A DNA stretch of 64,000 nt from Gammaproteobacteria bacterium (GTDB lineage Bacteria; Pseudomonadota; Gammaproteobacteria; JBCCGL01): assembly GCA_965277715.1 (NCBI GenBank), contig OZ255836.1, positions 768,001 through 832,000 of the forward strand, in the 5' to 3' direction. Shown in pieces: positions 1 through 12,312 of this stretch. A program made the position numbers and the translations under genes. Under the pieces are notes generated by a model. The model did not search any database, had not been told where the DNA came from, and saw nothing but the letters and a program-made list of their open reading frames with translations. Numbering within the stretch: the first letter of the stretch is position 1; the number at the start of each line of letters is the position of its first letter.

Positions 1-2
1 AC

Positions 3-239
3 CGACACCGCTATGAAGTCAATAACAACTATGTGCAGCGGCTTGCCGATAGTGGCATGACCTTATCCGGGCACTCTATCGACGAAGACGCCCTGGTAGA
101 AATGATCGAACTGGATGATCACCCGTGGTTTATTGGGTGCCAGTTTCACCCGGAATATATCTCAACCCCCCGTGATGGCCACCGGCTGTTCACCGGGTTT
201 GTCGCGGCGGCACTGCGCCATGCGGGGAAAATTGCATGA
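3..239 (+). CDS. pyrG: CTP synthase, C-terminal end (5' truncated by window)
   Basis: Frame from nt 3 reads RHRYEVNN...IGCQFHPE, the glutaminase-domain motifs of PyrG; overlaps kdsA start as in the usual pyrG-kdsA-eno order. Confidence 0.95.
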   Translation, partial: RHRYEVNNNYVQRLADSGMTLSGHSIDEDALVEMIELDDHPWFIGCQFHPEYISTPRDGHRLFTGFVAAALRHAGKIA

Positions 240-1072
240 AGCTGTGTGGGTTTGCCGTCGGTATTGACCGGCCATTATTTTTAATTGCCGGGCCTTGCGT
301 TATCGAGAGTGAGGCCCTGGCGATGCAAACAGCCGCACAGCTACAGGCCATTACAGCGCGTTGTGGGGTGCCGTTTATTTATAAATCCTCGTTTGATAAG
401 GCCAACCGTTCATCGACGGGTAGCTTCCGTGGCCCCGGTATTGCCGAGGGTCTGCGCATTTTAGACAAGGTTAAATGTGAGCTCGGTGTGGCTGTGCTGA
501 CCGATGTTCACGAGGACACACCTATCGATGAAGTCGCCGATGTGGTCGATGTATTACAAACCCCGGCATTTCTGTGCAGGCAAACCAATTTTATTCAGCG
601 TGTAGCGCGTGCGGGCAAGCCGGTTAACATCAAAAAGGGGCAGTTCCTCGCCCCGGAAGATATGCAGAATGTGGTCGATAAAGCCACTGCAACGGGGAAT
701 TCGTCGATTATGGTGTGCGAGCGGGGGGCCTCGTTTGGCTACAATAATCTGGTGTCTGATATGCGCAGTCTGGCAATTATGCGCGGTACGCATTGCCCGG
801 TGGTTTTTGATGCGACTCACTCGGTGCAGCAGCCGGGGGGGTTGGGGCACACCTCGGGCGGGCGGCGCGAATTTGTACCTGTGTTGGCGCGGGCGGCGGT
901 TGCCGCCGGTGTGGCTGGGGTGTTTATGGAGTCTCACCCCAATCCAGATCAGGCGTTGAGTGATGGGCCTAATGCCTGGCCGTTAGGTAAACTTGAGGCG
1001 TTGCTCAGTACTCTGGTGGAAATCGATGCGCTGGTAAAAAGTGGGCCATTTTCGGAGTCGGAGCTACTATAG
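236..1072 (+). CDS. kdsA: KDO8P synthase
   Basis: [39 protein letters not shown] motifs. Confidence 0.97.
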   Translation: MKLCGFAVGIDRPLFLIAGPCVIESEALAMQTAAQLQAITARCGVPFIYKSSFDKANRSSTGSFRGPGIAEGLRILDKVKCELGVAVLTDVHEDTPIDEVADVVDVLQTPAFLCRQTNFIQRVARAGKPVNIKKGQFLAPEDMQNVVDKATATGNSSIMVCERGASFGYNNLVSDMRSLAIMRGTHCPVVFDATHSVQQPGGLGHTSGGRREFVPVLARAAVAAGVAGVFMESHPNPDQALSDGPNAWPLGKLEALLSTLVEIDALVKSGPFSESELL

Positions 1073-1382
1073 AAGGTGTTGGTCGTTAATGCGCTTGGGC
1101 TGAATGTTTAGCGGCGGTATTTAAAGCCAGTGCGCTTTAGGTGGTTGTTCTTATTAATACTTTCTATGCGCATTGCAAGTGACATCTAACCAGGCCGAAT
1201 GTCGCCTTGACTGTCCTCGGCTTCTTTAAAGGCTGAAAATGAACGCGGTACAGGCCGTGAGAATATTCTGCCAATCAATATCGGTGGGCGCCAACTGTTT
1301 CTGTGGAAGGCAGGCTGATGTTGATTGCTAATCGTTGATTGCTGGTGGGATGGGATTGTGGTTCTGGTGTTTGTTTTTATAA

Positions 1383-2714
<1,332 letters not shown>

Positions 2715-2780
2715 GCCTGTAACGTAACTGATTATTAGCGTAATAGGTTCTAAGGCTGTCCTGGTCCGGTGGCGGGGTCG

Positions 2781-3107
2781 ATGAAAGTGTTACTGGTCGT
2801 GCTGATCGTGCTGTTGGCGTCGCTGCAATACAAACTGTGGATTGATGAGGACGGCGTTCGCGAGGTGTGGCGTTTAACCCGGGAAGTGCAGGCACACCAA
2901 CGCGAAATTGCTGTGCTGCGTGAGCGAAATAACGCGCTCGCCGCCGAAGTCATCGACCTGAAAAGCGGCCTCGGTGCTATCGAGGAGCGCGCCCGTAGCG
3001 AGCTGGGCATGATCCGTGAAGGTGAAACCTTCTACCACCTTATCGGTAAGGAAGCGGATGCGGGTGCGCGCATCCAGCGGCGCGATACCACAACAGGGAC
3101 ACAATAA
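2781..3107 (+). CDS. ftsB: Cell division protein FtsB
   Basis: TM segment + LQYKLW, coiled coil, IEERARSELGMI..GE; between eno and ispD. Confidence 0.93.
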   Translation: MKVLLVVLIVLLASLQYKLWIDEDGVREVWRLTREVQAHQREIAVLRERNNALAAEVIDLKSGLGAIEERARSELGMIREGETFYHLIGKEADAGARIQRRDTTTGTQ

Positions 3108-3109
3108 CC

Positions 3110-3856
3110 GTGGCCACTGAACAACAGCACACCGCCCTGGCTGTGGTGCCTGCTGCGGGAATAGGGCGGCGCATGCGCAGTGACCTGCCCAAACAATACT
3201 TGCCACTGGCGGGCCGCACGGTCATTGAGCACACCTTGCAGGTACTTCTGGACAGTGCGCTGATCGAGCGCGTTATCGTCGGTATTGGGGCGGGGGATGC
3301 GGTCTGGCATACCTTGCCAATCGCCTCTCATCCTGATATCACGGCTGTAATCGGCGGGGGTGAACGTGTGCAAACGGTGCTCAACTGCCTCCAGTCGGTT
3401 CCCATTCAACACCACAGTCGCTGGGTTATGGTGCACGATGCAGTGCGCCCCTGCTTGAAAAACAGCGATATAGCGACACTATGGAACACCCTGCAATCCA
3501 GCGCGAGTGGTGGCTTATTGGCTGTGCCGCTGGTCGATACCATTAAGCGTGCAGACTGCCTAAGCGTGACTTCCCTGGATTCTGGTTTGCCAGTCAACGT
3601 GGCCACAACGCCTGACCGGCGCTACCTTTGGGCGGCGCACACCCCACAAATGTTCAGGCTGGGGGAATTGCTGTCGGCCTTACAGCAGGCGAGGCAACGC
3701 GGCTGTGAAATCACTGATGAATCATCGGCAATGGAGGCGCTTGGCATCGCGCCAACACTGGTTGCCGGTAGCGTGGAAAACCTGAAAATCACCCGACGGG
3801 AGGACCTGCCTTTGGCTGAATTTTATTTGCGCCGCCAACAACTGGGCTCAGTATGA
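3110..3856 (+). CDS. ispD: MEP cytidylyltransferase
   Basis: [32 protein letters not shown]. Confidence 0.95.
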   Translation: MATEQQHTALAVVPAAGIGRRMRSDLPKQYLPLAGRTVIEHTLQVLLDSALIERVIVGIGAGDAVWHTLPIASHPDITAVIGGGERVQTVLNCLQSVPIQHHSRWVMVHDAVRPCLKNSDIATLWNTLQSSASGGLLAVPLVDTIKRADCLSVTSLDSGLPVNVATTPDRRYLWAAHTPQMFRLGELLSALQQARQRGCEITDESSAMEALGIAPTLVAGSVENLKITRREDLPLAEFYLRRQQLGSV

Positions 3857-4341
3857 TGCGCATAGGGCACGGTTACGATGTGCACGCCTTTACAGCGGGC
3901 GACCACATCATTTTGGGCGGCGTGCGCATTCCCCATACACATAGCCTACAGGCGCACTCAGATGGCGATGTGCTGATCCACGCACTGTGTGACGCCCTGC
4001 TGGGCGCCGCCGCGTTGGGGGATATTGGCCGCCACTTCCCGGACACCGATGCACAGTACGAAAATATCGATAGCCGCAAATTGCTGCGCACTGTCATGGC
4101 GGAACTCAGAGACGAGGACTATGCCCTTGGCAATGCCGATATAACCGTGATTGCACAATCGCCTAAGCTGGCCTGCTTTATCGATGCAATGTGTGCGAAT
4201 ATTGCCGCTGATCTCGGCGTGGCGAGCGGTGCTGTCAATGTCAAAGCAACCACCACCGAGCGGCTGGGATTTATTGGTCGCAAACAGGGTATTGCCGTTC
4301 ATGCCGTGGTATTGATAACGCGTTCCACACCTATAATTTAA
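3853..4341 (+). CDS. ispF: MEcPP synthase
   Basis: [31 protein letters not shown]. Confidence 0.97.
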   Translation: MMRIGHGYDVHAFTAGDHIILGGVRIPHTHSLQAHSDGDVLIHALCDALLGAAALGDIGRHFPDTDAQYENIDSRKLLRTVMAELRDEDYALGNADITVIAQSPKLACFIDAMCANIAADLGVASGAVNVKATTTERLGFIGRKQGIAVHAVVLITRSTPII

Positions 4342-4381
4342 ATTAGATAAGTTATATAACTCTCTGAAAAAAATATTAAAA

Positions 4382-5395
4382 ATGATAATTGGTTCATTAA
4401 TGATTGATGTGCACGGCCTGGATTTAACGCCTGAAGACATTGACATCCTACAAAACCCACTGGTGGGCGGTGTTATCCTGTTTGCGCGAAACTACCGCGA
4501 TAAAGCCCAGCTCACCCGGCTGTGTGCCCGTATCCGTCAGGCCTGCCCCCGGCCTGTTTTGCTCGCCGTCGATCAAGAGGGCGGGCGGGTTCAGCGGTTC
4601 GGTGCACCCGATTTCACCCGTATCCCGGCGATGCAGCGTTATGGCGCGCTGTACGATACAAACCCTGACGCTGCCCGGGCACGTGCTGTCGATACAGGGC
4701 GTTTGATGGCTGCCGAGCTTATCGAAGCCGGGGTCGATTTTAGCTTTACCCCGGTGCTGGATCTCAATTACGGCGTCAGCCATGTAATCGGTGATCGCGC
4801 CTTCCATCGCGACCCCGCCGTTGTCTCACTGCTCGCCACCTGCCTGGTTGACGGCCTGCGACAGGGGGGCATGGCGGCCGTCGCCAAACACTACCCTGGG
4901 CACGGCGGTGTGGTGGTCGACTCTCACGTCGGCCTGCCTGTGGATAACCGCGATGTCTCAACCATCATTGACCAGGACCTTGCCCCCTTTAAGCGGCTAA
5001 TTGCGGCCGGCGTAGCAGGCATCATGCCCGCACACGTAATCTATGCACAGGCCGATGCGCAGGCCGCTGGCTTCTCCCATTACTGGTTACAAACACAGTT
5101 GCGCGGTGAGCTGCAGTTCGATGGGGCGATATTCAGCGATGATTTAAGTATGCAGGCGGCGCATGCAGCGGGTGGCGTCGTGGAGCGGGCCATAGCGGCG
5201 GCGGAAGCGGGTTGCGATATGTTGCTGTTGTGTAACGACAGGGCATCGGTCAAAACCCTGCTATCTGACTATCGCGACACCACCGCGACACCACAGCGGC
5301 AAGGTCGACTGCACGCTATGCAGGCGCGACCATTGAACACTGCCAGCCCCCCTGACTGCTGGCAGGCTATCCGAAAACAAATAACGAAACTCTGA
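4382..5395 (+). CDS. nagZ: Beta-N-acetylhexosaminidase (GH3)
   Basis: VDQEGGRVQR, KHYPGHG..DSH, FSDDLSM. Confidence 0.95.
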   Translation: MIIGSLMIDVHGLDLTPEDIDILQNPLVGGVILFARNYRDKAQLTRLCARIRQACPRPVLLAVDQEGGRVQRFGAPDFTRIPAMQRYGALYDTNPDAARARAVDTGRLMAAELIEAGVDFSFTPVLDLNYGVSHVIGDRAFHRDPAVVSLLATCLVDGLRQGGMAAVAKHYPGHGGVVVDSHVGLPVDNRDVSTIIDQDLAPFKRLIAAGVAGIMPAHVIYAQADAQAAGFSHYWLQTQLRGELQFDGAIFSDDLSMQAAHAAGGVVERAIAAAEAGCDMLLLCNDRASVKTLLSDYRDTTATPQRQGRLHAMQARPLNTASPPDCWQAIRKQITKL

Positions 5396-5405
5396 GAAAA
5401 ACACC

Positions 5406-6512
5406 ATGCTGGATGACACACTGGAAACAATCAAAGACCTGTTGGGCGGTGACTTCTGGATATTGGAAGTGTTCACCATCGTACTGCTGGTGTTAGTGAT
5501 CAATTTCTTTCTCAAGCGTTTTTTCAAACGGCTCGCTATGCAACTGTCGAAAACATCAAACCTGTGGGATGACGCCGTACTGGACGCCGCACGACGACCC
5601 GCCCTGCTGGTGGTATGGGTGCTCGGCTTGACCTTTGCTGCGCAGATTGTCGTCTCTGCAACGGATACAGAACTGTTTCAACTCGCTATACCCGCCCGTA
5701 TCGTGGGCATTATTGTCGCGATAGGCTGGTTTCTTACCCGGCTGATTCGCGACCTTGAAACGCGCTATATCAAGCATACCCAAAGCCTTCAATCTGAGCA
5801 CACAATAGACCGTTCAACGATTGAAGCGATGGGCAAACTACTGCGACTGGCCGTGGTTATTACCGCCGCTATTGTTACCTTACAGACCTTGGGATTCAGT
5901 ATTTCAGGTGTCCTGGCGTTTGGTGGTATCGGCGGGATCGCCGTGGGGTTTGCCGCCAAGGACATGCTCTCCAATTTTTTTGGTGGCCTGATGATATACC
6001 TAGACCGACCGTTCAGCGTCGGCGACTGGATACGCTCACCCGACAGGGAAATAGAGGGCACCGTCGAATACATTGGTTGGCGGTTAACGCGGATTCGCAC
6101 CTTCAACCTGCGCCCTCTGTACGTCCCCAACTCCATTTTTACCAGCATCGTCGTCGAAAACCCCTCGCGGATGCAGCACCGCCGTATCTATGAAACGATT
6201 GGCGTGCGCTACGACGATATTGCCCAGATCGAGGCGATTGTCAGTGATGTGCAAAAAATGCTGGTGGAACACCCCGAGATCAATGAACAGCAAACCCTGA
6301 TGGTCAACTTCAATGCGTTCGCCCCTTCATCAGTTGATTTTTTTGTCTACGCGTTTACGCACACAACCAGTTGGGCCAGGTTTCATTCGATCAAGCAGGA
6401 AATCCTGCTGTTAATCGCCGGGATTATCGACAGCCATCAAGCTGAGATTGCCTACCCGACGTCGACCCTGCACCTGGTTAGACAAACACCGGCAGATGAG
6501 GCGGCGTCTTGA
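5406..6512 (+). CDS. MscS-family mechanosensitive channel
   Basis: N-terminal TM helices, GIAVGFAAKD, DRPFSVGDWI, GTVEYIGWRLTRIRTF. Confidence 0.9.
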   Translation: MLDDTLETIKDLLGGDFWILEVFTIVLLVLVINFFLKRFFKRLAMQLSKTSNLWDDAVLDAARRPALLVVWVLGLTFAAQIVVSATDTELFQLAIPARIVGIIVAIGWFLTRLIRDLETRYIKHTQSLQSEHTIDRSTIEAMGKLLRLAVVITAAIVTLQTLGFSISGVLAFGGIGGIAVGFAAKDMLSNFFGGLMIYLDRPFSVGDWIRSPDREIEGTVEYIGWRLTRIRTFNLRPLYVPNSIFTSIVVENPSRMQHRRIYETIGVRYDDIAQIEAIVSDVQKMLVEHPEINEQQTLMVNFNAFAPSSVDFFVYAFTHTTSWARFHSIKQEILLLIAGIIDSHQAEIAYPTSTLHLVRQTPADEAAS

Positions 6513-7258
6513 GTCAGACGCTGACTACCACCGGCATTATTGGTGGCACCGGTTTGTCATCGATCGATGCCTGGGTAAGCACCCAAACGCAGGCAGTGGA
6601 TACGCCCTATGGCAGGCCATCGGCGCCCTTATCCGTGGGTGAACACAATGGCCAGCACCTGGTGTTTATGCCTCGCCACGGCACCGATCACAGCGTGGCA
6701 CCGCACCGAATTAACTACCGGGCCAACCTCTGGGCATTGCACCGCGCTGGGGTTTCACAGCTTATTGCCATCAACGCTGTAGGGGGTATTAGCGCGGCAT
6801 CACAACCGGCTGGTATCGTCATCCCCCACCAGTTGATCGACTACACCTATGGGCGTGCGCACACGTATTTTGATGGCGAGGATAATGCACTGGAGCACAT
6901 CGACTTTACGGCGCCGTATTCACCGCCTCTGCGAACCGCACTGATTGAAGCATCCAGAGCCTGTGGTACACCCTGTGTCGAAGAGGGCGTACATGCCGTT
7001 ACCCAGGGGCCACGGCTGGAGACCGCTGCCGAGATAGACCGCCTGGCACGCGATGGCTGTACCATAGTGGGCATGACCGGGATGCCTGAAGCGGCCCTGG
7101 CCAGGGAATTGGGTATGCAGTATGCCTGTTGTGCCGTGGTGGTAAACTGGGCGGCGGGCCGCTCACAGGAGACCATTGATATGGCATTGATACAGCAGAA
7201 TGTGATCAACGGGCAGGAAAAACTCAAGCTGATATTGTCAGCATTTTTCTGTGGCTAG
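6509..7258 (+). CDS. mtnP: S-methyl-5'-thioadenosine/thioinosine phosphorylase (PNP/MTAP family)
   Basis: GIIGGTG, PRHG..H..PHRINYRAN, QGPRLETAAE, GMTGMPEA, VVNWAAG. Confidence 0.85.
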   Translation: MSQTLTTTGIIGGTGLSSIDAWVSTQTQAVDTPYGRPSAPLSVGEHNGQHLVFMPRHGTDHSVAPHRINYRANLWALHRAGVSQLIAINAVGGISAASQPAGIVIPHQLIDYTYGRAHTYFDGEDNALEHIDFTAPYSPPLRTALIEASRACGTPCVEEGVHAVTQGPRLETAAEIDRLARDGCTIVGMTGMPEAALARELGMQYACCAVVVNWAAGRSQETIDMALIQQNVINGQEKLKLILSAFFCG

Positions 7259-7352
7259 TATTATTAATATCAATAAGCTATGAAAACTTATTAAATTAGA
7301 GAATAACTATTTTTTTCGACGGGCAGCACAACAGACAGCGAGTCAACCCACC

Positions 7353-8846
7353 ATGGCACAGCAAGACTGTATTTTAGCGATTGATCAAGGCACGACCAGT
7401 ACCCGGTCAATGCTGTTTGACGCAGCGGGAAAAGCCATTTTTACCGCCCAGCGTGAATTTAAACAATACTACCCCGCCGACGGTTGGGTGGAGCATTCAC
7501 CGGAAGACATCTTTACCTCCGTACTGGCGACGACCCGAGAGGCCCTGGAGTATGCCAAAACACAGGGGTATCGGGTGGCGGCAATGGGCATAACCAACCA
7601 ACGTGAAACCACGGTGGTATGGGAGCGTTGCAGCGGCCAGCCAATCTATAACGCCATCGTATGGCAGGATCGGCGCACCAGCGATACCTGTGCGCGTATG
7701 CGTGCCGATGGTCAGGAGGCCGGTGTGCGCAGTAAGACAGGGTTGCTACTCGATCCATACTTTTCGGCCAGCAAAGTCACCTGGATTCTGGATAACGTCG
7801 AAGGGGCGCGCAACCGGGCAGAGAAAGGGGAATTGCTATTTGGCACCATAGACAGCTATTTAATCTACCGCCTGAGTAACGGCGCCCACCATGTGACCGA
7901 TGCAACCAACGCCAGCCGTACCAACCTGTTCAATATTGTCGACCAGACCTGGGACAATGAATTATTGCGCCTTTTCAACGTGCCCGCTGTGATGTTGCCC
8001 AGCGTCCTGGATTGTGCGGCAACCTTCGGCAGCAGTGATCCGGCAATATTGGGTGAAACAATCCCTATTCTGGGTGTCGCGGGTGACCAACAGGCGGCGG
8101 CAATCGGGCAGGGGTGTTTTCAGGTGGGCGATATTAAAAGCACCTATGGCACGGGGTGTTTTGCTTTATCGAATACCGGCGAGCATATTATCGAATCGAA
8201 AAACCGGCTGCTGACGACAGTGGCTTATCGTCTTGAGGGAAAAGTACACTACGCATTGGAAGGTTCTATTTTTGTTGCCGGTGCATCGGTGCAGTGGTTG
8301 CGTGATGAACTGCAGGTCATTGCCGATGCAACGGAAACCGAAGCGCTGGCCAGCGGGCTTGAGGGCAATCAAGGGGTCTATCTGGTGCCCGCATTTACAG
8401 GGATGGGGGCGCCTTATTGGGACCCGCAGGCGCGTGGGGCAATCTTTGGTATTACCCGTGCGACGGGGCGCGCTGAGTTTGCCCGCGCTGCATTGGAGTC
8501 GGTATGTTACCAAACGACCGACTTATTGGCGGCGATGGCGGAGGATGGGGTCAAGCCGGTTTCGCTCAAAATTGACGGCGGTATGGTGGCGAACAATTGG
8601 TTGGCACAGTTCCTTTCCAATATGGTCGATCTGCCGGTTGTGCGCGCCCCGATTCTGGAAACTACGGCTCTGGGGGTGGCGCGTCTGGCAGGTTTTAAAA
8701 CCGGGGTTTATGACAGGCTTTATAGGCCGGTTGCTGAGGGCGGTGCGCATGATGTGTTTCAACCGGATATGGCCGCTGGATTGCGTGACAAGTTGTTGGG
8801 TGAGTGGCACGATTCGGTCAAGAAGGTGCTCTCTAGCCCTGCTTAG
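7353..8846 (+). CDS. glpK: Glycerol kinase
   Basis: AIDQGTTSTR, GITNQRET, IVWQDRR, GDQQAA, KSTYGTGCF, GAPYWD. Confidence 0.95.
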   Translation: MAQQDCILAIDQGTTSTRSMLFDAAGKAIFTAQREFKQYYPADGWVEHSPEDIFTSVLATTREALEYAKTQGYRVAAMGITNQRETTVVWERCSGQPIYNAIVWQDRRTSDTCARMRADGQEAGVRSKTGLLLDPYFSASKVTWILDNVEGARNRAEKGELLFGTIDSYLIYRLSNGAHHVTDATNASRTNLFNIVDQTWDNELLRLFNVPAVMLPSVLDCAATFGSSDPAILGETIPILGVAGDQQAAAIGQGCFQVGDIKSTYGTGCFALSNTGEHIIESKNRLLTTVAYRLEGKVHYALEGSIFVAGASVQWLRDELQVIADATETEALASGLEGNQGVYLVPAFTGMGAPYWDPQARGAIFGITRATGRAEFARAALESVCYQTTDLLAAMAEDGVKPVSLKIDGGMVANNWLAQFLSNMVDLPVVRAPILETTALGVARLAGFKTGVYDRLYRPVAEGGAHDVFQPDMAAGLRDKLLGEWHDSVKKVLSSPA

Positions 8847-8889
8847 CAGTGTATCCAGTCTATTCCGTAAATGCTGGCATAACCACTTC

Positions 8890-9050
8890 AATCAACAACC
8901 TTAAAAAGATACGTTACCACCTCTCGCCCAGTCGGCGTGAAAATTGGGGCAGGCACAAAAATTTTGGATGATTTTGGGTGCGGTTGTGGTTTCAGCAGGC
9001 AACGATAAAAAGGGAATCCAGCTACTATGCTGAAAAATATCGTGCTGGTA
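8890..9050 (+). pseudogene. Possible decayed SAM-dependent methyltransferase fragment
   Basis: 8937-9008 reads VKIGAGTKILDDFGCGCGFS (motif I-like), then YYAEKYRA in another frame from 9022; interrupted by stops and shifts. Confidence 0.3.
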
Positions 9051-9222
9051 AGCACGGCGCAAAGCATCAATTAACACCACAAGAGGCGGGTCGTTCTCAC
9101 ACACAGAAAAAAGCAAGATAGCGCTTCGTTAATACACAGGGGCTTAAAATGCCGTTTAAAATTTCCGCGCTGGATGGTGAGCAATTTAGGTTTAACCATA
9201 TATTTACTGTGTCGTGTGGTTA

Positions 9223-9708
9223 TTACAAACTCTCCCATGCCGACCAGTCGATGGTTCTACCAGGGTAAGCCGGGCTGGAAAACGGCCAGCTATTATCGAT
9301 CCAGGCTTTGGCGTGGGTGAAAAGGTGCTCATCCAACCCTGTGTTGGCTTCTGACTCGCGCACCCACAGCGTAACTTCAACATCGTAGCCCGGTTTTTGT
9401 GTGGGGTAGATATACAGGCAGCCAAGCACAGTGCTTTCATCGAGCGAAACCACCGTATAGGCAAATGACGTGCGCAACTGAAATTCAGTCTGGTGCCAAC
9501 CCAGCTCAATTAGATTTTGCTCCAGCGTGAGGCCGCGAGGCCAGTCACCATCCTGGCGAAAAATAGTGCGCAACCGCGTTTCGCTGCTGATAACGGCATC
9601 GTAGTCTTTGACCGCATCGTTAATAGTCAACGGGCGCAGGCGCATACGCGTTGTTTCCAACTGCCCAGGCACAATAAAATCGTCGGGTACAATGGCCAGG
9701 TTATACAT
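9223..9708 (-). CDS. GNAT-family acetyltransferase-like protein
   Basis: LETTRMRLRPLT N-terminus, GCLYIYP, VTLWVR, WPF..PAYPGR (RimJ/RimL-like GNAT pattern). Confidence 0.7.
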   Translation of the reverse strand: MYNLAIVPDDFIVPGQLETTRMRLRPLTINDAVKDYDAVISSETRLRTIFRQDGDWPRGLTLEQNLIELGWHQTEFQLRTSFAYTVVSLDESTVLGCLYIYPTQKPGYDVEVTLWVRESEANTGLDEHLFTHAKAWIDNSWPFSSPAYPGRTIDWSAWESL

Positions 9709-9845
9709 GAATATAGGTATTCGCAGAATCTGAGTAATTGATTATTCTAAAAAAACCGTGTCGAAATAGCGACACTCGCGTCGCAAAAAACTGTGTAACA
9801 CTAAAGAACACCTCTAAAAATGCACTTTTACCGTGAGCCCTACAG

Positions 9846-11081
9846 ATGAAACTCAAAGATATCAATACATTTGTCACCGTTCCACCCACAGGGATCGGCG
9901 GTGCGTTTTGGGTACTGGTAAAAATTACCACCGATAATGGCATTGAAGGCATCGGTGAGTGCTACGGTATCCCCGTTTCAGGTGATATTGCCTGCCGTAT
10001 GGTTGAAGACACCTTTGCGCGCTTTATTGCCGGTGAAGACCCACACAATGTCGAGACGATGTTTCGGCGTGTCTACTCGGCTGGTTTTACGCAGCGCCCG
10101 GATGTGTCGATGATGGGCGTGTTTAGCGGTATCGAAATGGCGGTATGGGACATTCTCGGTAAAGCCAGTGAACAGCCGGTTTACAATTTGCTCGGTGGCA
10201 AATTTCACCAGCGCCTGCGCACTTACACCTACCTGTACCCAAAACAGACCACAGTCGATAGTCAGGCAACAGACGATGTGCCGGATGTTTACCACGACGG
10301 TGATGCAGCGGCACAGCGGGCACTCGACTACATCGAAATGGGCTTTACCGCTGTCAAACAGGACCCTGCAGGCCCATACAGTTTTCAAGGGGGCAGGGAG
10401 CTGTCACTGCGCGAATTGTCACGCAGTGAATACAGCGTAAAGCGGATTCGCGAAGCAGTTGGCGAGCGGGCCGATATTCTATTTGGCACCCACGGGCAAA
10501 TGACGACCTCCTCGGCAATTCGTTTGGCAAAACGCCTGGAACCCTACGACCCACTGTGGTTTGAAGAGCCGTGTCCGCCGGATCAAATGCAGGCGATTGG
10601 CAAGGTGGCGCAAGCTACATCGATTCCGGTAGCTACCGGTGAGCGCCTCACCACCCGTGTTGAATTTCACCAGGCACTGATGGCGGGGGTAGCCATTTTG
10701 CAACCGGATATTGGCCGCAGTGGCGGGATCTGGGAAACCAAAAAAATTGCAGTCATGGCCGAGCTTTACAACGCGCAAATTGCGCCGCATATCTACTGCG
10801 GTCCAGTGGCCCACGCGGCCGCCGCGCATGTGGCATTTAGCTGCCCTAATTTTTTGATACTGGAAACCATACAGACTGAATTTCACGATGCCATCTTGAA
10901 CAAACCACTGCGCTGGGAGGCGGGCTATATGCTTGCACCCAACGAACCGGGGCTGGGTATTGAACTCAATGAGCAAGTGATACTTGACCACCCTTACACC
11001 AGCGGTGGACGCCTGCACCTGGAGATGTGCCAAACCCCGCTAAGCTCCGCCAACACAAAAACCATTGTGGAGATTGAATAA
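9846..11081 (+). CDS. Mandelate racemase/muconate lactonizing enzyme family protein
   Basis: GIGEC, GIEMAVWDILGK, PVYNLLGG, WFEEP, ATGER, QPD, APH. Confidence 0.9.
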   Translation: MKLKDINTFVTVPPTGIGGAFWVLVKITTDNGIEGIGECYGIPVSGDIACRMVEDTFARFIAGEDPHNVETMFRRVYSAGFTQRPDVSMMGVFSGIEMAVWDILGKASEQPVYNLLGGKFHQRLRTYTYLYPKQTTVDSQATDDVPDVYHDGDAAAQRALDYIEMGFTAVKQDPAGPYSFQGGRELSLRELSRSEYSVKRIREAVGERADILFGTHGQMTTSSAIRLAKRLEPYDPLWFEEPCPPDQMQAIGKVAQATSIPVATGERLTTRVEFHQALMAGVAILQPDIGRSGGIWETKKIAVMAELYNAQIAPHIYCGPVAHAAAAHVAFSCPNFLILETIQTEFHDAILNKPLRWEAGYMLAPNEPGLGIELNEQVILDHPYTSGGRLHLEMCQTPLSSANTKTIVEIE

Positions 11082-12265
11082 TGCACCTCGATTTTGGCCC
11101 GGAGCTGGATGCATTTCGCCAGGATGTGCGCGCCTTTATCCGCGAAAACCTACCGGATGATATCCGCAAAAAGTGCGAACAGGAACGTATGTACATGACG
11201 CCCGCCGATGCCAAACGCTGGCACCGGATTCTCGCCACGCGTGGTTGGGCATGCCCGCATTGGCCGGTGGACGCTGGTGGCCCCGGTTGGTCTGAAATGC
11301 AGCGCTATATCTTCGAGGAAGAACTGGCCTACGCGGATGCACCCCGCACCCCAGCCTCAGCGCAATTTATGCTGGGACCCACCTTATTGAAATACGGTAC
11401 TGAGGCACAAAAACAGCGTTTTTTAACCCCGGTGCTGGAAGAGGGTGTGATCTGGTGTCAGGGGTTTTCTGAACCCAATGCCGGGTCTGATCTCGCCGCG
11501 CTGCGCTGTTCGGCGGTGCGTGATGGCGATGAATACATCATTAACGGATCAAAACTGTGGACATCAGAAGGGCACTATGCCGAGTGGATGTTCGGCATTT
11601 TTCGCACGGACAATGGTGGTAAGAAACAGCAGGGTATCACCTTCTTATTGTTGGATATGGCATCGCCGGGTGTACAGGTCGATCCGGTGGTGTTGTTTAA
11701 TGGTGAGCACGAAGTCAATGCCACCTTTTTTACCGACGTGCGTGTGCCGGTTGCGCAGCGTATCGGTGAAGAAAATGACGGTTGGACGATTGCCAAATAT
11801 TTACTCAGCGCCGAGCGTTTAGGCATTGCCGAAGTGGCGCGTACAACGCGCACTCTGCAACGCCTGAAACAACTGGTGCAGCGACATCCCAGCAAAGCTG
11901 ACCCCGCCATTGAGCGGGCTGGAATGGCCGGGCGGATTGCGCAAATCGAAATAGAACTGCGCTGCCTGGCGCGGATGGAACAGCGAGTGTTGTCCGGGCA
12001 TGCCAGGCAGGGTACCGAAGAGGCCTTATTAAAAATCAAAGGCACGGATTTGCAACAGGCCGTGCTGGAATTACAACTCGATATAATTGGTCCCTATGCT
12101 CAAATCGACGCAGGCGAAGTCGACCCGGAAGCGGGGCCACCGGCTGGGCCGTGGGCTTGTGGTCACGCGGCCCGTGCCTATTTTGACTACCGTAAAGCCT
12201 CGATCTATGGCGGTTCAAATGAAACCATGCGCAATATTATGGCGAAAATTTTACTGGCGGCATAA
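11081..12265 (+). CDS. Acyl-CoA dehydrogenase, PimC/FadE large-subunit type
   Basis: WCQGFSEPNAGSDLA, INGSKLWTS, SIYGGSNE; start overlaps upstream stop. Confidence 0.88.
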   Translation: MHLDFGPELDAFRQDVRAFIRENLPDDIRKKCEQERMYMTPADAKRWHRILATRGWACPHWPVDAGGPGWSEMQRYIFEEELAYADAPRTPASAQFMLGPTLLKYGTEAQKQRFLTPVLEEGVIWCQGFSEPNAGSDLAALRCSAVRDGDEYIINGSKLWTSEGHYAEWMFGIFRTDNGGKKQQGITFLLLDMASPGVQVDPVVLFNGEHEVNATFFTDVRVPVAQRIGEENDGWTIAKYLLSAERLGIAEVARTTRTLQRLKQLVQRHPSKADPAIERAGMAGRIAQIEIELRCLARMEQRVLSGHARQGTEEALLKIKGTDLQQAVLELQLDIIGPYAQIDAGEVDPEAGPPAGPWACGHAARAYFDYRKASIYGGSNETMRNIMAKILLAA

Positions 12266-12312
12266 CTTCAAAAACCTCTGTGGTTTTTAGGCTACAGCGG
12301 TGGGTAATATAA

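Noticed and set aside
8233-8904. 223-aa alternative-frame ORF over glpK
   Set aside because: Arg/Trp-rich shadow of a well-supported gene, with no motifs
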